Below are positions 10,966-25,640 of a DNA stretch of 64,000 nucleotides, piece after piece; position 1 is the stretch's first letter; each line of letters begins with the position of its first letter. Source of the stretch: Lepidodermella squamata (Eukaryota > Animalia > Gastrotricha); contig JBLDXI010000013.1 in NCBI GenBank assembly GCA_047495785.1, positions 682,001-746,000 of the forward strand, given 5' to 3'. The notes below the pieces were generated by a model. It was not told the origin of the DNA and did no database searches. It was given only the letters and a program-made list of their open reading frames with translations. Position numbers and translations under genes: made by a program.

Positions 10966-13900
10966 TCAAAAAGCCTGCACTCGGTTATTGCCGAAGTCGA
11001 CGACAAGAATGCGACCCTCCGGCGAGACGCAAATGCCCGACGGCCGGTCGAGCAGGCCCGGGCCGTTGCCATGCGAGCCAAACTTAGCCAGGAAAACGCC
11101 GTTGGGCAGGAACACCTGGAGCCGGTGATTTCTCGAATCGGCGATGATAATATTTCCTAAAATTTCGAAAAAAATCGTCAGCTAGGGATACGCAAAATAG
11201 GGGTTCCAAAATATACCGAGGGCATCGACAGCCAGCCCCTGGGGCCGTAAAAATTGCCCATTTCCGCCGCCCTCGGAACCAACGAAGCGAGCCGCTTGTA
11301 GGTCAGGCTGAACAATGATCAGACGGTGGTTGTTGAAGTCGGTTACTAGCACAGAGCCGTCTATGTGGAAACAGACACCGCGAGGCGAGTCGAAGCACTT
11401 CCACATCGGGCCCTCGAAGCCGTACTTGGCGATAAACTGGCCGTCACGCGAGAACATCTGGATGCGGTGGTTTCGCGTGTCGCTGACTACGATTTTGCCT
11501 TCGTGGTTAACGGCAACATCCCACGGGTAGTTGAACTGACCCGGCCGGTTGCCTTTCTCCCCAAATTTAAACAAAAACTGGCCCTCCCAAGAAAACACCT
11601 ATAAATGAAAAAAAAGTTCAGAACTTAAATATCGAATATCAATTTTAGGTGCAAAAAAATTAAATGCACTTGAACGAGTGCACCGAATTTTGCACCGAAA
11701 AAGTGTCCTTAAAAAACGGAAAAATTCGAACCTGAACTCGGTGGTTGTCCTTATCGGCGACAATAATTTGGTTATCCTGATTGCAAGCAACACCGGCTGG
11801 GCGGTCGAACTGGCCGTTACGATTGCCAGGCGACCCGAACTTGTGGTGGAAATGGCCATCGGGCGTGAACACCTGAACGCGGTTGTTCGACCGGTCGGCG
11901 ACGATCATGTAGCCGTCGCGGTCGCAGGCGATGCCCCACGGTCGGCACAACTTGCCGTCCGTGTCTCCCTCGCCGCCAAACTCGAATGTGACCGGGCCGA
12001 GCTGAGTGTAATTTCGAATCTGGCATGCGCGAACTGTGAACGGGCTGTTCTGAATGTGCCGACCGCCGCCGATCGTCACGTGAATCATGTAACGGCCCTC
12101 TACCGGCGGCCGATAACTGACCACGTACGTTCCATTCTGCTTATCAACAACATCCGCCGCGCCTTTCGACCCATCAGGCTGCAAAATTGTGACGTTGAAT
12201 ATGTCGCCACCGGTTACGCGAACATCGCCGAGGTGGTCTTTCGCCTGGATAACGAAAAAAGCCGGTTTCCCAACGACAGCCCGCATGAGGCCCTCGCCGA
12301 ACGCGAGGCAGTTCGGGGCGAAAGCGCCGCTGAAAACGAACCCGACCTGGCGCACGGCGTTAAGCAGGTTCGCATCCGGCGGGGTGAATAAAATCGTGTC
12401 GTCGTCGTGCGGCTCGAGAATTTGCGGTAGAAAGGCGAGCGCTTGCATTTGCTTCACGAGTTGACTTCGCGTTCGCATAACATCACCCTCGGATCCGTTG
12501 ATCAACGCACCCTGGACATTCGCCATTAAACTATGCACGGTGGCGAGGGCGCGTTCCAGCTGTTCGGACTGGTCGCGAAGTGTCGCCTCTTTCACGCCGC
12601 GGATGCGGTCCAGCGACGTGACAAGTTCCAGCTTCCGTTCTTCGATCGCCATCATGTAGCGCTGGGCGAGGGCTGTGACTTGGCCACTAACGGTGCGAGA
12701 TTTCGCCGAAACCCGCGTCTGCATGGCTTGAACAGATTTCAAGCTCTGGTCGAGGGCGCGAACAGCCTGATGCGAGTCGGTGAGCCATTTGAGTAGAAAC
12801 TGCTTCGTCGAGTCAACCATGCGTGATAGTGGGACAAGGTTGTGCGCGGCGTGGCAGTCTGAACACGCCTTTTCCGAGCAGGTTTCGCAGTAGTGGCGAA
12901 ACACATCCTGGCCGTGAATAGAGCAACTAGTCGCGGCGTGGCTGATGGACGACGGCACCGAGCCGGAGCCGAACGACGAGGACGGCGAGCGGAAAGCGCC
13001 CAAGGGCGACGGCACCGAGTCGACACCGCTCGACGGCAACGACAGCGACACGTTGCCGAGTAAAGAATTTTGAAACAGACTACTAATTCCGCTGTCTGAT
13101 GTGAGGCCGCCTTGGCCGATCGGCGAGCCACTCGACGATGACGATAAGTAGGAGGTTCGCGAGGCGCCGGGCGCAAGGGGTTGGCCGGCGGAGGTTGCAC
13201 CGTAGGGTATTTGCTGACCGACGACGCCGTGCATGCCCGGTTGGAGTTGCGCGACGGGCGACGACGAGGTGGACGGCGGTGTGGCGGTCGACGCCGGCGT
13301 CCGGAAGCCGTTCGTCGTGCCGGACGTGGCCGATGACGAGAAGTGCTGGCCGCCGTCGACGGTGGTGCCGTTGGACGACGACGCCGAGTGGCGCAGCACG
13401 TTCGAAAGAGGAATGCCTTGCGACTGTTGCGGCGACGAAGCGGCCGCCGCTGCCGCAGCGAGCATCTGCTGCTGGTGCAGGTGCAACTGGCCAGCCAGTG
13501 ACAAGTTGCCGAGTGCCGCCGACGCCGACGAGGACGCGTGCGGCGCAGCGCCGCCGTCGTCGTCGAGCCCGGCGATGCGCAGCAGGTCGCTGATGATGGA
13601 CATGGCTTCGGCCGGCGCACCGCCCGCGAAATCACCGCCGTACAACATTTGTTGGTGTTGTTGTTGCTGCTGCTGCTGCTGCTGTTGCTGAGATGACGCC
13701 GAGTGCGCCTCCATCGGGGGTTGCTGAGGCGACTGCAGGTTTGCCGCACCGGATGACAATAATAAGCGATCACCATTGCTATTATTGTTAAGATTAGTCG
13801 AAGAGTTGTTGCCGAAGCACGAGGAGGCGCCCGACTCGCCTAGCATGTTGCAGTGCGGGCAACAGTGCGGGTCGTGGTCGTCTAAACACGACGAACACAA

Positions 13901-14502
13901 CGGGCCGGCTAAACATGGCAGCGTGCCAGATGTCGGCGACGACACGCTCGATCTAAAAAAAAAGAGATTGCAAAAAAATTCGGTGTGTGCAACTAGACGA
14001 ACCCGTCGTTGACCGGCGCTTGACATTGTAAGCAGGTTTGACCTGTGGGCGAGCCTGACATGAGTCTCTGCTGGCTGCCACTGCTGAGGCGCGCCGCCAC
14101 TTGGTGCTGACTCGCCATCGACGGCATCTGACCGTTAGCGATGCCGCTGTTGCTGCCGCTCGACATCCGGTGCGCCGACGACATCGAATTCTGGAACGCC
14201 GCAAAGTCGACGTCGGCTGACGCTGCGGCGGCCGCAGCGGCGACGAACGGAAGAAAGCTCGGGTGTTGCAGTGAGGAATTAGCACTGCTGTTTGTAGTAT
14301 TCGAATTACTGGCGGACGTTGCACCGAGTCCTGCCGCCAGGCTGCCGAGGCCTGCGAACTGCTCGAGCGGCGTTGAGCCGGTAAAAAACGGAAAAAACGC
14401 CTGCTGCGACTGCGCCGACGGCGGCATCATCTGCATTTGCGACTGCTGCATCTGGCCCGGCTGCGGCGTACCGCCCGGCGCCACCGAAGCCAGCGTCGTC
14501 AT
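10966..14502 (-). CDS. TRIM71: lin-41/TRIM71 TRIM-NHL protein; exons 14003-14502, 11732-13952, 11217-11598, 10966-11156
   Basis: Degenerate RING, B-box (CSIH..YCETC..CSDC..H), coiled coil, filamin repeat ([23 protein letters not shown]), and NHL repeats [42 protein letters not shown], ending [12 protein letters not shown]. Confidence 0.93.
13650..13690 (-). repeat. CAG/CAA polyglutamine tract in lin-41
   Basis: (CTG/TTG)n on the plus strand encoding a poly-Q run interrupted by one His. Confidence 0.85.
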
Positions 14503-17500
14503 CAGGCAATTATTGTGGAATTGAAGATCCGTCGACTGGTTAAGGTGGTACGAATTGTGATCTTCGAGATCGCTCGAAGCGCGATGTGTTGCGTCGAGTG
14601 CCGATTCGCTGGCAGTTGGCGACGAGTTGAGCGTTGGCGGCGGCGTTTTCGGAGGCGCTAACGAACAACTAGGATCCGACCCAACGCGCAGCTATAACCG
14701 TAACCGTTAACAACTCTCCACTCGATCGATCACCGGCGATCGACGGCGTCGGTCGGTTCGTCGCTCATGTTGCATTCTAGCAACTTTAATAGCGACATAA
14801 TAGTCGAACGTTAACGATAATTAACAGCGACGCCGTCGGTTAATAATAATAATTAAAAATTAAGGAACGTAAAATATTTGACCGGCCGGAACGGGTTTAC
14901 AGTAAATAAGTAATCCGTTCTAAAATCTATAGAAGAAGAAAATAATACAAATTCAAATGTTATCAATAAAATCAGGTAACAAATAAGTGCGAGCTATAAA
15001 CTTCCACGACGAAAAAATGGTTCGTTTGAGGTGCGATTTTGAATGCACCGCCAAACGGTAGTGTGAGCGAATAATGCACCTAAATTATACCCTAAATTCT
15101 AAAAAATGAATGTTGTGAAACTATACTAAATATAAATTGTAGTTTATGATAGTCAATAACGTTAGGAGCAAAATCGACAGCGAACACAGATAGGTAGGCA
15201 CAAATAGAAAGGCGTCGAAGCGTCATGAGTGTGAAACTTTTTTTCACTTTCCTCGAAAACGTAGGGCGAGAAATAGCCGGCGAGGTGAGTGCTGCGGCTG
15301 CGCAAGGTCTCGGCGTGCGCTTAGCTTGACGAGTGCAAGAGGGCGGGCCCTCGGCGGCCGCTACCAGCGCTCGTAAAAAGGCGCTACTAGTGTCACGTCA
15401 TTATACAGCTAACAATTATGGCTATTATGTGTACAAGGCAATTTTTTCTAATAATAAAATGGCAATAGGTTACATAAGAATTCTCGCATATTGAGTGAGC
15501 CGTGGATGTGGCTGAGCACGTCGCGCCATGCACCGAGCCAAAAAAGATTCTACAAACATACAAAACCAATGGTGACATACTAATAATATATTATTATTTG
15601 AATTACAAAACGAGGGGGAGAGTGGGGAGACTGTTGTATACGATATACAAGAAGAAAACGTCGCGCGCACATATTTATATTTATTATATAATCATAGTGT
15701 AAAATATGATGATGGCGAGATACTAGGCTGGCGAGCGGGTTTTTGGCATCCATGCCGGCAAATTTTTCATACGAGAGTGTGGCCCTGTACTGACTTGCCG
15801 TCGCGCTCAGTAGTGGCCATAGTAGTCGTAGTTAGTAGTAATAGTAGTAAAAACGTAAAAATGTGAAAAACGACGACGAAAAATATGTTTATTGTGCGTA
15901 TATATGAGCGTATGCGCGCCGGGTATATATTCAAGAAGAGCGGACAATCGGTGCATTGCCGAGCTTGGTCACGCTCCGCCCCACACGCGAAGCGACTGTA
16001 CTGCGCCTTTATTACGAAAAATGCTCTTACAATGCGCCAGTACGCATCGTCGTAGGAAAACTACGGCCGGCAAATATTATTAATAATAGTAAAAAAGCTG
16101 TTGAGGCGAAATGTGTACCGAAGTGACCGCGACTACGTGTGTCGGTCTGGTTTGAAAAATACTGCACTGGCACAAACAAACATATGCGAATGTATGAGGT
16201 TTGTTGTTTCGCGCTAAAAAAGAGCGCATAATTATTATATCTCTTCGTAGCCAGGTACGGGAGTGCGCTTGCGCATTAAATGTATACGCGCTACGGGAAG
16301 AGCGCTGGCCGATCGCAAGAGAGAAAGCGCTAGCCACGCGGGCGAGAGGCAAATGTCCTGAGCCTAGTTCGATTTTTGCCGGCTCTCGCGCTCGTATATA
16401 ATGGGCAAATACACACATATCGTCTGCACCGCGCATAGCAATTCACTGACACGATATATCGCAGCACTGGATCACAGCCAAAAAATGCGCGAGGAACAAA
16501 TAATAATACAAACACGCCTTACACTCACGCTCGAGTATATTAATGAATGTGGCTCGCTAGCGAAGTGCTGCGGTAAGGATGCACACGGCTAGCGTTTCTT
16601 CATCTTCGACGACGCCGGGCAGAATCCCGTATTATTTATGCGCGCCTATACTACTTGTTGCACCGACAAAAGTACTAAATAAAATAAAAAACATGCAACT
16701 GCTCAAAGAGCTCTTTTTACATATCACAACTCGAGCTGCTACTAATAGTGCGTCGAGTAGATCATAGCAACCTAATACTGCACGAGTTACTGCGCCAAAT
16801 AAACAAAGCCAGCAGCCAAGGACGACGAACCGGTGACAGTAGTCCTGAAGAAAAGTAACGCCTAGAGCGAACTAGTGCGCGATTTCGACGACACAAATTC
16901 AGCAGTCGGTAATGTGTAAATTATTTTCGGTTAGCAGATTAAAAACCTGTACCTACATACACTGATGCCTGGCCTCGCGCCAAACAAGGTGTGTCCATTG
17001 CAATTAACGCAAGTACCTAGCAGAGCGAGGACACGCTGTAGATGATAAGGAATAGTCGTAGGTGTAATAACTAGTAGTTGAGTTGTTAAAAAAACTCGCA
17101 CTAGTAGTGCCTGAAATAAAGCATCGTTTTGAGGCATAAAAGATACCAGCACTGACGAGTGCGCTCTTCCTGATGGTTGTGTGATAGTGGCCGACGAAAA
17201 AAATGGCTGGTGCTTCGGGATAACATACTGCTAAACTGCTGATTCAATAATGAGATGAAAAAAACAACATTACTTTTGAGTGCAAGGAAAAGCCGACGAC
17301 GATAAAACATAAATCTTGGCTCTGAATTACGACGATAGTGACCTGACCCAGTTGGTGTGTTCGATTCCTCAATGCGTTCGGCTAAAATATCACTGCAATA
17401 TTCTACGTTTTACTTGATTCGACCGCTCGAGTACTGGATAAAATGACTTGAGAGCGGCATCATACTTGCGCACCCTAATAATTTTGTTTGTTTGCCACAC

Positions 17501-18948
17501 CTTTATTACGGACTGACGGTCGGCCGGTCAGTGTGTGTGTGCACCTGTCGATTGCAGTACGAGAAAACAACTCGGTGTAAAAATGAGATTTTCGATTCCA
17601 TTTATTCCATTTCTCTATTATCATTTCAGTAGCAGCGACAAAGTTTTTACTCGGTTAAAGCTTATATAACCCGTTATTGACGATGATGATCACTCTAAAT
17701 TCGAATAAATATCCACGAATTTGATTTTAAAAGCTACAACATCAAATTTTCGATTTTACATAAGGCGGATTCGGAGAAAATCAACAGGAAATAAATTTAT
17801 TCATATCAATTTCTCAATCGTAAAAAGCCGCAACAATTTCATCCGATCATGTGCGTTGATGTTCGGCCAAATTTTATCTACACCGCACGTTCTAAACGTT
17901 GCCTCATGAAGTTAACCAAAAAGTAACATTCACGCTTTAATCAATAAAAGAGAACCTGAAAACGCAGCCAGAGAGAGAAACGTAATCGTTTTCAAAGCTA
18001 ATATAATTGAAGATAGGTATTATACAGACTATATTAGTTATTAAACGGATATGCAGCATAAATGTTAATAATATCAGTCGTTGAAAAAAAATATATTATT
18101 TCAAGTAAGAAAACATAGCTCACGTAGGTATCATATATAACGTGCAACCTGTCTCGACGAAAATATCGCCGAAGAGAGGCTTGACTCATAATAAGACCGG
18201 TTCGACGGGGTTCCTCTATCATCATCATTCAATAATAAGTAGAAAAAGGAGAACACTAGATTATCGCCTCGCATCAATTGTTTGGCTTTGAACTTTCGAG
18301 GGTTTGGTTCAAGTAATAATTTGAAAATCTCATCATAGCATTGGTAGGTAACGAAACACTGCTAGAAATAGACACTGATTGAAAGAAAATGGGCTGATTA
18401 CAAATGCAGAGTGAGAACACATAGCAACCGAGACATCAATCAGAGTTCCGCCAAACGCAACAGCTATACAATGAATTATTTGGCGTTGTTGAGAATTTCG
18501 GATTGATGGACGAACACGGGAAAAACACTCAGGCAACGGGATTTATAATAGTGATGAGTGAGTGATTCAGCTACTCTCTTCAAGTTCGCTCGACGACGCG
18601 GAAGTATTCGCTATTGCTGGAGCAATTGTGACAAGCAATTACGTATTTGCTATAATATGAAGCAATACTATCGTGCAGGTGTTGTTGTTGCTGTTGATTC
18701 TTGATAAGATGGCACGGGGAAAGACGAGTGACGAAGAAGAATTTGAACCATCGCTAAACTAGTGAACAAACAACGATGTAGTAGAAAGCAGCAACAACAA
18801 CAACAATGACTATCATTAAATCCAAGATTAACGATAAAGAAACACTCATTGTGTAAAAATCGTGTTGCGTCCGGCTCAATTCTCCGCCTCGAATCGGAAG
18901 TTATACAAAAAATCGGGGCGAATAATATAAAAATAAACGATTTTTCAG

Positions 18949-21900
18949 TCACGCGAGACCACTGCTGTCGATTTTTTTCCGGTTCGAACCTCGCAACCGC
19001 GGCTCAATCTTGGCTTTGGCCTTGCGAACCGACTGGGTGCTGTTAGTCACACTAGAGCTGCCGGGCTGCATGTTATTGCCGACACTACAGCCGAAACATT
19101 GGCCGAATAAAGACCTCAGTAGATTCCGCTTATGCCTATGAGAGGTGACTGCAGTTTCGGTCGAGTGCCTGACCCCGTTGGAAGTCGTCGGCTCCGTGAT
19201 AGACGACGGCGGGTTGCTCCTGATCGAAGGCGCTCGCCCAGTCGACGGCGCCCGACAGTGCTGACTGCTACTCCGATACGAGGAAGAACTGCCTCGTTTC
19301 CGGTTGTGGCCATGCAGAGAACCACAGCGGGCGCAGGCGACCAGGTTTGGCCCTCCATCCATTGCATCTTGAGTAGCACCGATCAGCGCCTCGCAGTCGT
19401 CTCCACTGCGTTTCCGCTCAACATTTCTGCCAACAATTCGCGAAGTCCGACACGACCCGCCAACCACAGCGGAAACGGTACTGCCGCTGTGCATAGGGCC
19501 ATTGCTGTTCGCATTCGCTGCACATATGTGGCGGTAATGGAAGAGGTCCGGGTCAGACCGGACTGATGATACCGAGGGTGTTTTGAAGCCGTTTCGCATC
19601 GAAGGCGCGCTCGATGCAGGTAGACTGCACTCTGAACCAGTGCCACGACTCGTGGTGGAAACCGAAAATTCGGACATTCGTTGCGATTTTACTAACTGCA
19701 ACTGATTCAGCGGCCGTAATTCGCAGTGGTGGCTGTGTTGCCGTCGGTTAGACACGCCCGATAGCACCGAAGTGGTTGGGGCAGAAGCATGGCCGTGTAG
19801 CGGGTTTTCAGGCTTTGAATCTCGCCGATCCAGCGCATCGTTTGGGGTCGAAGCTGTCACCAGCGGAGTAAGGGGTGGAGCGGTAATATCTGCAGCCTCG
19901 TCGTTGCCTTTTTGCTTCGAGCCGTCTGGAATGTGACCATTTGAGATACTAGCGTCTGGTATCGGGGTCAGCTTAGTTTCCGCAATCGGAGCGAAGGAGC
20001 TGTGGAATACTTCATCGATTCTCGGCGGCACAGAGCTCGACTGGCCAAGTAGCCGCTCGTTGTGGTTCAACACGGCTGTTTCCAAGACAGTGGTCGAGTG
20101 CCGCGCTGACAGCGATTGTTGACTCGATGGCGAGGGAGTTTCGCTTGTAACAGAAAAACGATGATGCCGGTGCTGGCCGTGGTTATTATGTCGAAGCCGC
20201 TAAAAATAATAAGGAAGAAAGTTAATAAAAGGAAAATGCCCTGCTTCAAAACTTTGCTTCAAACAATAAAGAATGCTCTCTATCAATTCACCTTAATATC
20301 TCAACTACAGCCAAATCAAAGAACCCAAAGCTAAAGAGCTCTCATTTGGATCCATTTTTCTTTAGCTCTATCGCACGAATGGATCACACGAAATTCCTGA
20401 AACTACGACAATCTTGCATCCGAGCCGAAAAATATGCACCACACAGCTCGATAATGATCTTAGCCTCACATGCAACACAGTGTGGGGCATATTATTATCG
20501 GGAAACTATCCTCTGATCATTTCTCATATCAGCATTCGAAAAGAATTAATTCCTGCACGTGAGACAAAGGTCTTCACAAAGAAAGTTTATATAGTTTTCA
20601 TTGGCTTTTTTTCAATGTTGGCGTGAAAATCCGCGAAGGATCGGGCCCATTACGATTGCAATGTCATGCTAGCTGTTCATTCAGATTTGGGGAAACTTTG
20701 CGCAGGGCAACTGTGGACAGTTAACAAGCCGACATTAGATAAGGTCCAGCTTCTGATTATCATTAAGACGGAACAACAACAATAACTTCCTCAAAACTTG
20801 GAATCAATCAAAGACTTTCTACCTCATACTAATCTGAGTATGAGGTCAGTATGAGAAACATGGCTTTTCATTTGAACAATTAGCAAAGTTAAGAGTATTA
20901 AAACGATTTTTTCTACATTTTCTAAAACATCTGATCGTCCAAATTACATCATCCTTAATTAGCATCCCTTGAATGTTCTAAAATTAACCAAATTTCTCGG
21001 TCTGTGCAATTTGCTTTCCATTTTCTTCAACTAGGCTTGTGCCTGAGGTTGGTGAACAACCGGAAGTCGAAGTGGATAATATTGAAATCGACGGCAATGA
21101 AGAGCCAGTTGAAGAAGAAGCGAATGTTGCTGAAAAATTCCTTGATGAGTTCGAAACTGTTTTGTGATGAATCAACCGAGTTCGAATTGTTGAAAAAGTG
21201 AGACACGGGTAATTTGCGCTAGCGAGCGCGATTTTTGTTAAATAAAACATTCACCATTTTACGGAAACAAATGTTTTCTCAATTATCCTTTTCGACAAAT
21301 ATAACTCAGAAGCTTAGCGGGAACACTATCCGTAAGAAATATTTTTTTTCTACTCAGAAACCCTTGCCGTGCGAAACTTCTAATTTTTACTATAAATTCT
21401 AATAGTTTGAGAAGTCTGTGCGAGCTTTCGAGCGCGCAATCAACTTGCAAATTCAAGCAGCTACACAAGCAATCATTCAAGCCATGAGGGTTGAATTTTG
21501 TGATAGCCAAGCTGCGTTGCAAGCTGATCTCAAAACGCTTAAAACCGCTGTCGATCCAATCCGGAAGGACAACGATGCAATGAAAACGGCTTTCGAAGAA
21601 ATCCGGAAGGACAACGAGGCGATAAAAACGGCTCTTAGGTAAGTCTTAAAGATTCCAGAAGGCAGTTGCTTCGATGAAAACGACTCAGGAAAAATTCGGC
21701 GACTAGCTGGACTGGGTGAAATCTCTTTTGCGTCGAACTGTTGATGCTGTTGAGGAGAGGTACCGGGATTAAGTTCCCTTAATTTTGTATATTCTTGTTC
21801 TTCGCAAATATAATTGCGATTTCTTTAATATAGTGAAAAACTGCCATCCATTGAGCATTATTTCTGTATTATTGCTGAAAACGGTCCGTCAACTCCTCAA

Positions 21901-24806
21901 ATTTCGACTCCTCTATGACGCCAGATATTTAATTCAAGTTTCAGACTAACCCCACGTAATGACTTGAGCATCTCGAATATACTTAAGCGGAAAAATCCTT
22001 CCATATGATCAATTGGAGCTAACTAATTGGTTTCAATGAGCTAAAGCCAAAACTAACCATTTGCAACGCGTTTCGATAGCTGCGAGGTAACTGCTGCTGG
22101 TCGAAAGGTACCCGTTGCAACACGGGCGGAACGAGGTGAGCTTTGGCTTTGACGCAACACGATTTCATAGACGTAGTCTCCGACTGGGGGAGCGATGACC
22201 GCCGCACTTGACCGCCGTCAACAGGCGTTTGCTGCCCAGTCTGTTCGTTATTGATAGCGCCGAGAATGAAAGTCACGGACGCGGCTGCACTCTGACAACG
22301 GCTGGTCGTCGAAGAAAACGGCTGCTCGGTATCGGAGGCTGACGTAGTCGCGGCTTCACTCGATTCAAACGCCGAATGCCTAGCGCCCATGTGTTTTTTA
22401 TGCCTCGGCGGGCGCCGGTGGTGGTGGCTATGATTATGGCCGTGATTTTTCAGCGGCTCATTGGTGCTGAGCAGCAACGATGCGGCCAAAGATCGCGAAA
22501 AGTCCATATCACAGCGGAAACAAGCACTTCGCGGCTTGTTAGCACATAAACCGGCTCGTTTCATTCGCGCTAAACTCCGATTCATCGACATAGACATAGC
22601 GTCGGATTCAATATCAGACGTATCGGAGCTAGAGGCGGAGCGAGTGAGGCGGCAAAACGGCGACACTGATAATGGAGCAGACATTCGTGTGAGAGACGGC
22701 GGTCGGCCACTGAGAGAACCTGATCGAAGTTGGACGCCGCTACTCCTCCGGCTGGTTGCGATCCAACTCGACCGGGCGCTTCGAGGTCTCACAGAGGGCG
22801 AGCCTAATTCGGCGGTTAACGCCGTACCCTCTGGTTCAGGGCCACTATCACTAGGCGCCGCACCGACGCTCCGCCGGCCACTTGGTCGCCCGCCATAGGA
22901 AGACATTGCGTCATCGGACTCACTCTGCGAAAATTATACTTAGTTACAACAAAAACAGGAAACGGAAGCTGAAAACGCACCATTTCAGCGATATTTGCGA
23001 GTCGTGTTAGGCTTGATTTACGACATTCGACTTCAAGATCATCCACTCCTTCTCGAATTTCGTAGATTTGCGGCAGCTCGTCGGGGTCTTCGTACGGCTC
23101 CTCGATGAGGACGGAAAACCTCTGCGATCGCAGCGACTGCTTTTCGTCCTCCTCATCTTGCTCTTCGAGCACTACTTCAGCTTCGCTTATCGCAGACATG
23201 ACGCTGTTCCAAATAAATAAATAAAAAATATCAAATAATTGAAACCATTAACATTAACTTAATTCTATAATTTTTTATTGGAAACCCAATTACGAGTTAC
23301 TTTCACAACTACTGATAACAAACGAGAACGAAGGTGTACACAAAGCGTTCCTTTATTGGTTATCAAGCTCGATTGCACTCGTAATTGAGTTCCCTCGTAA
23401 ATACTCAACGCGATGTTCTTTTGGTTTATTTTCGCGTCTTTTACACTCTGAGCAACTGTGATCAATAAATAACACAAACTCTTTGCGAGAGCTGCTCGCG
23501 TCACCACTGTTAAGATTTTCTCCGCTGTTCGGCCGGCTCGAAAATACCGATCCCGACGCGGTAGAAACAAGGGTGCGCGAATGGCTGGCCGGACCGAAGT
23601 GGCCGATTCGGTGAGCAAGTTGAACCGCTAAATGCCGTTCGGCAAGGAGATAGAAAGTAGCCTCGATGTGGTCGTACAGCTTCTCATCAAGCGATCTATT
23701 AAATTAACTCATTCAAATTATTTATTGATATAAATGCAAGTATTTACTTCAAAATTTGATCACGGCTCGCTACACTCCCGGAAACCATAATATTGATAAT
23801 ATGCTCCTTCTCGTCTTCAGATAGCTCGCCGCGGCTCATTAGCGGATGCACGCCGATAATATCGTCATCTTGAAAATCTGAAAACATACGTAAATCAAAT
23901 TAGCCGAATGATTAGCCGCAAATCTTCTTGCTAACTAACCACTTCCGAACCACTCGTCGTTGAGTATATCATCCATCGACATACGATCCTGTGGTTCTTT
24001 CACTAGCAGCCGTTTGAGAAGTCGCTGACACTCAGGGGAAAGACTTGTTGGGACTTTATACTGACAATCCATGATTTTCGTCAAGGTTTCGCTGTCGTTA
24101 GCCTCGCTGAATGGCAACCGGCCAACAACCAGCATGTACAAGATAACACCCAAACTCCAGATATCTTGTTAAATCATCAGTATAACGGCTTGAAAGTGCA
24201 AGAAAATTCAGTCTTACCTGATGCCACGGCGTCGTAAGCATCTCCCAGAAGAACTTCAGGAGCTGAATATGCTAATGAACCACATGCAGTATTAAGCTTG
24301 TCTCCAGGAATGAAAGAATTGCTGAAGCCGAAATCCGTTACTTTAACTACGTCAAGCTTCGGAAAGAATATGACATTTTCAGGCTTCAAATCCCTGTGAA
24401 CCACGTGCAATCGATGGCAAAATGCAACTGCGCTGACAATTTGACGGAAATACTTTCGGGCCAGGTCTTCGCCCAATCCGTTATCCTTTTTGACGATGTA
24501 ATCAAACAGATCTCCGCCATCGCCAAATTCTTGAATGAGGTAAAGCTTATTCTTGGTATCAATAACTTCGTATAACCGCACGACATATGGGTGCTGCACT
24601 AATTTCATGCACCGCACTTCGTGGTATAAATGTTGCCGTGCCACTTCATCCAGCTTAGTTTTATCAACAACTTTGGTGGCCACGACCTCTCCCGTGAATA
24701 CATGCTTGGCCCGCTTTACTACCGCAAAGTGGCCACGACCGATGGTCTCCTCGAGATCGTAATATCCAGCGATTTGAGAATCAACGGAAGATTTCCATCC
24801 TTTCAT
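18949..24806 (-). CDS. SNRK: SNF-related serine/threonine kinase (AMPK family) with long low-complexity C-terminal tail
   Basis: [94 protein letters not shown], and UBA-like [14 protein letters not shown]. Later exons join in phase (e.g. phase-0 donor near 22058 to acceptor near 20200). Confidence 0.88.
21035..21760 (+). pseudogene. Decayed coiled-coil gene nested antisense in the large SNRK intron
   Basis: An acidic exon-like segment ([25 protein letters not shown]) and a heptad segment with a 42-bp duplication ([22 protein letters not shown]) are interrupted by TGA-TGA, TAA and TAG. Confidence 0.35.
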
Positions 24807-25640
24807 ATTTCAAATTAAGCATAACACTACAGCAAACAAAATGTGAACTGTATAACGATGAGGAACACAGCTGAAAATGACATTCAAATTGAACAATTCA
24901 AATATAGAATCCCACCCAGTGACAGCAAGGTAAAATTAGAATAATTAAGTAATCCACTTCAAGAAGCAAAAGCAACTTACTCTTCTGGAGGCTGGCAAGA
25001 TGCACTATGAATCTGTAGGATTCTTTCAGGAATTCTTTCAGGAATTTATTGCTGATATCAACAACCATGCCAATATCACACATTCATGGGTCATGGGCCA
25101 TTTTTAAAACACCCGTATTATTTGACAGAAAAAAACATGAAAAGAGGGTTATCCTGTGCCGTATCTCACTCATAGTTCTGTGGACACTTACTAGTCTTGT
25201 GATTGGGAATTGGGACTTGAGGCTTGCGGTTTTCCAAGTTGAACATCGTCCAAAATCGACGCGGGAGCGCGTTCTCGCTCTTTTCTGGGAGGCTTTTTAA
25301 AATTATTAGTTGTACAATTTTGACACATAATAAATTTGCATTGTTTTCTCGTTACTACTTGCATAAAAATTTTAGCCTAATTGCATGAGTTTGTAATAAA
25401 TTGTTATAAATTTGTGTGTTTATCGAGGCTAGCTGAGGCTGAGTGTTGTTTTTGCGGGAAGAATGTCGAGTGTCGTGAGTCGATGACATCAGTTTTTGAT
25501 TGTGCGTCCAGCTAAAGCTGAACGGGCGGCGCAGGCCTAAATAAGGATAGGAGCGTCTGGAAGCTAGAAGATGCGGAAAATGCCGAAACACAACAAAACG
25601 AACAAAACCAAAAACCAAAAATAACTTCTGCGTTGAGAAA

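Noticed and set aside
11678-14661. Long antisense and alternate-frame ORFs over lin-41 (also over the TEPs, SNRK tail and LC8)
   Set aside because: They are shadows of GC-rich coding sequence with no independent motifs.
14700-18900. Short ORFs and TAG/AGT-rich runs upstream of lin-41
   Set aside because: No coding signature or recognisable RNA gene; likely regulatory or UTR sequence.
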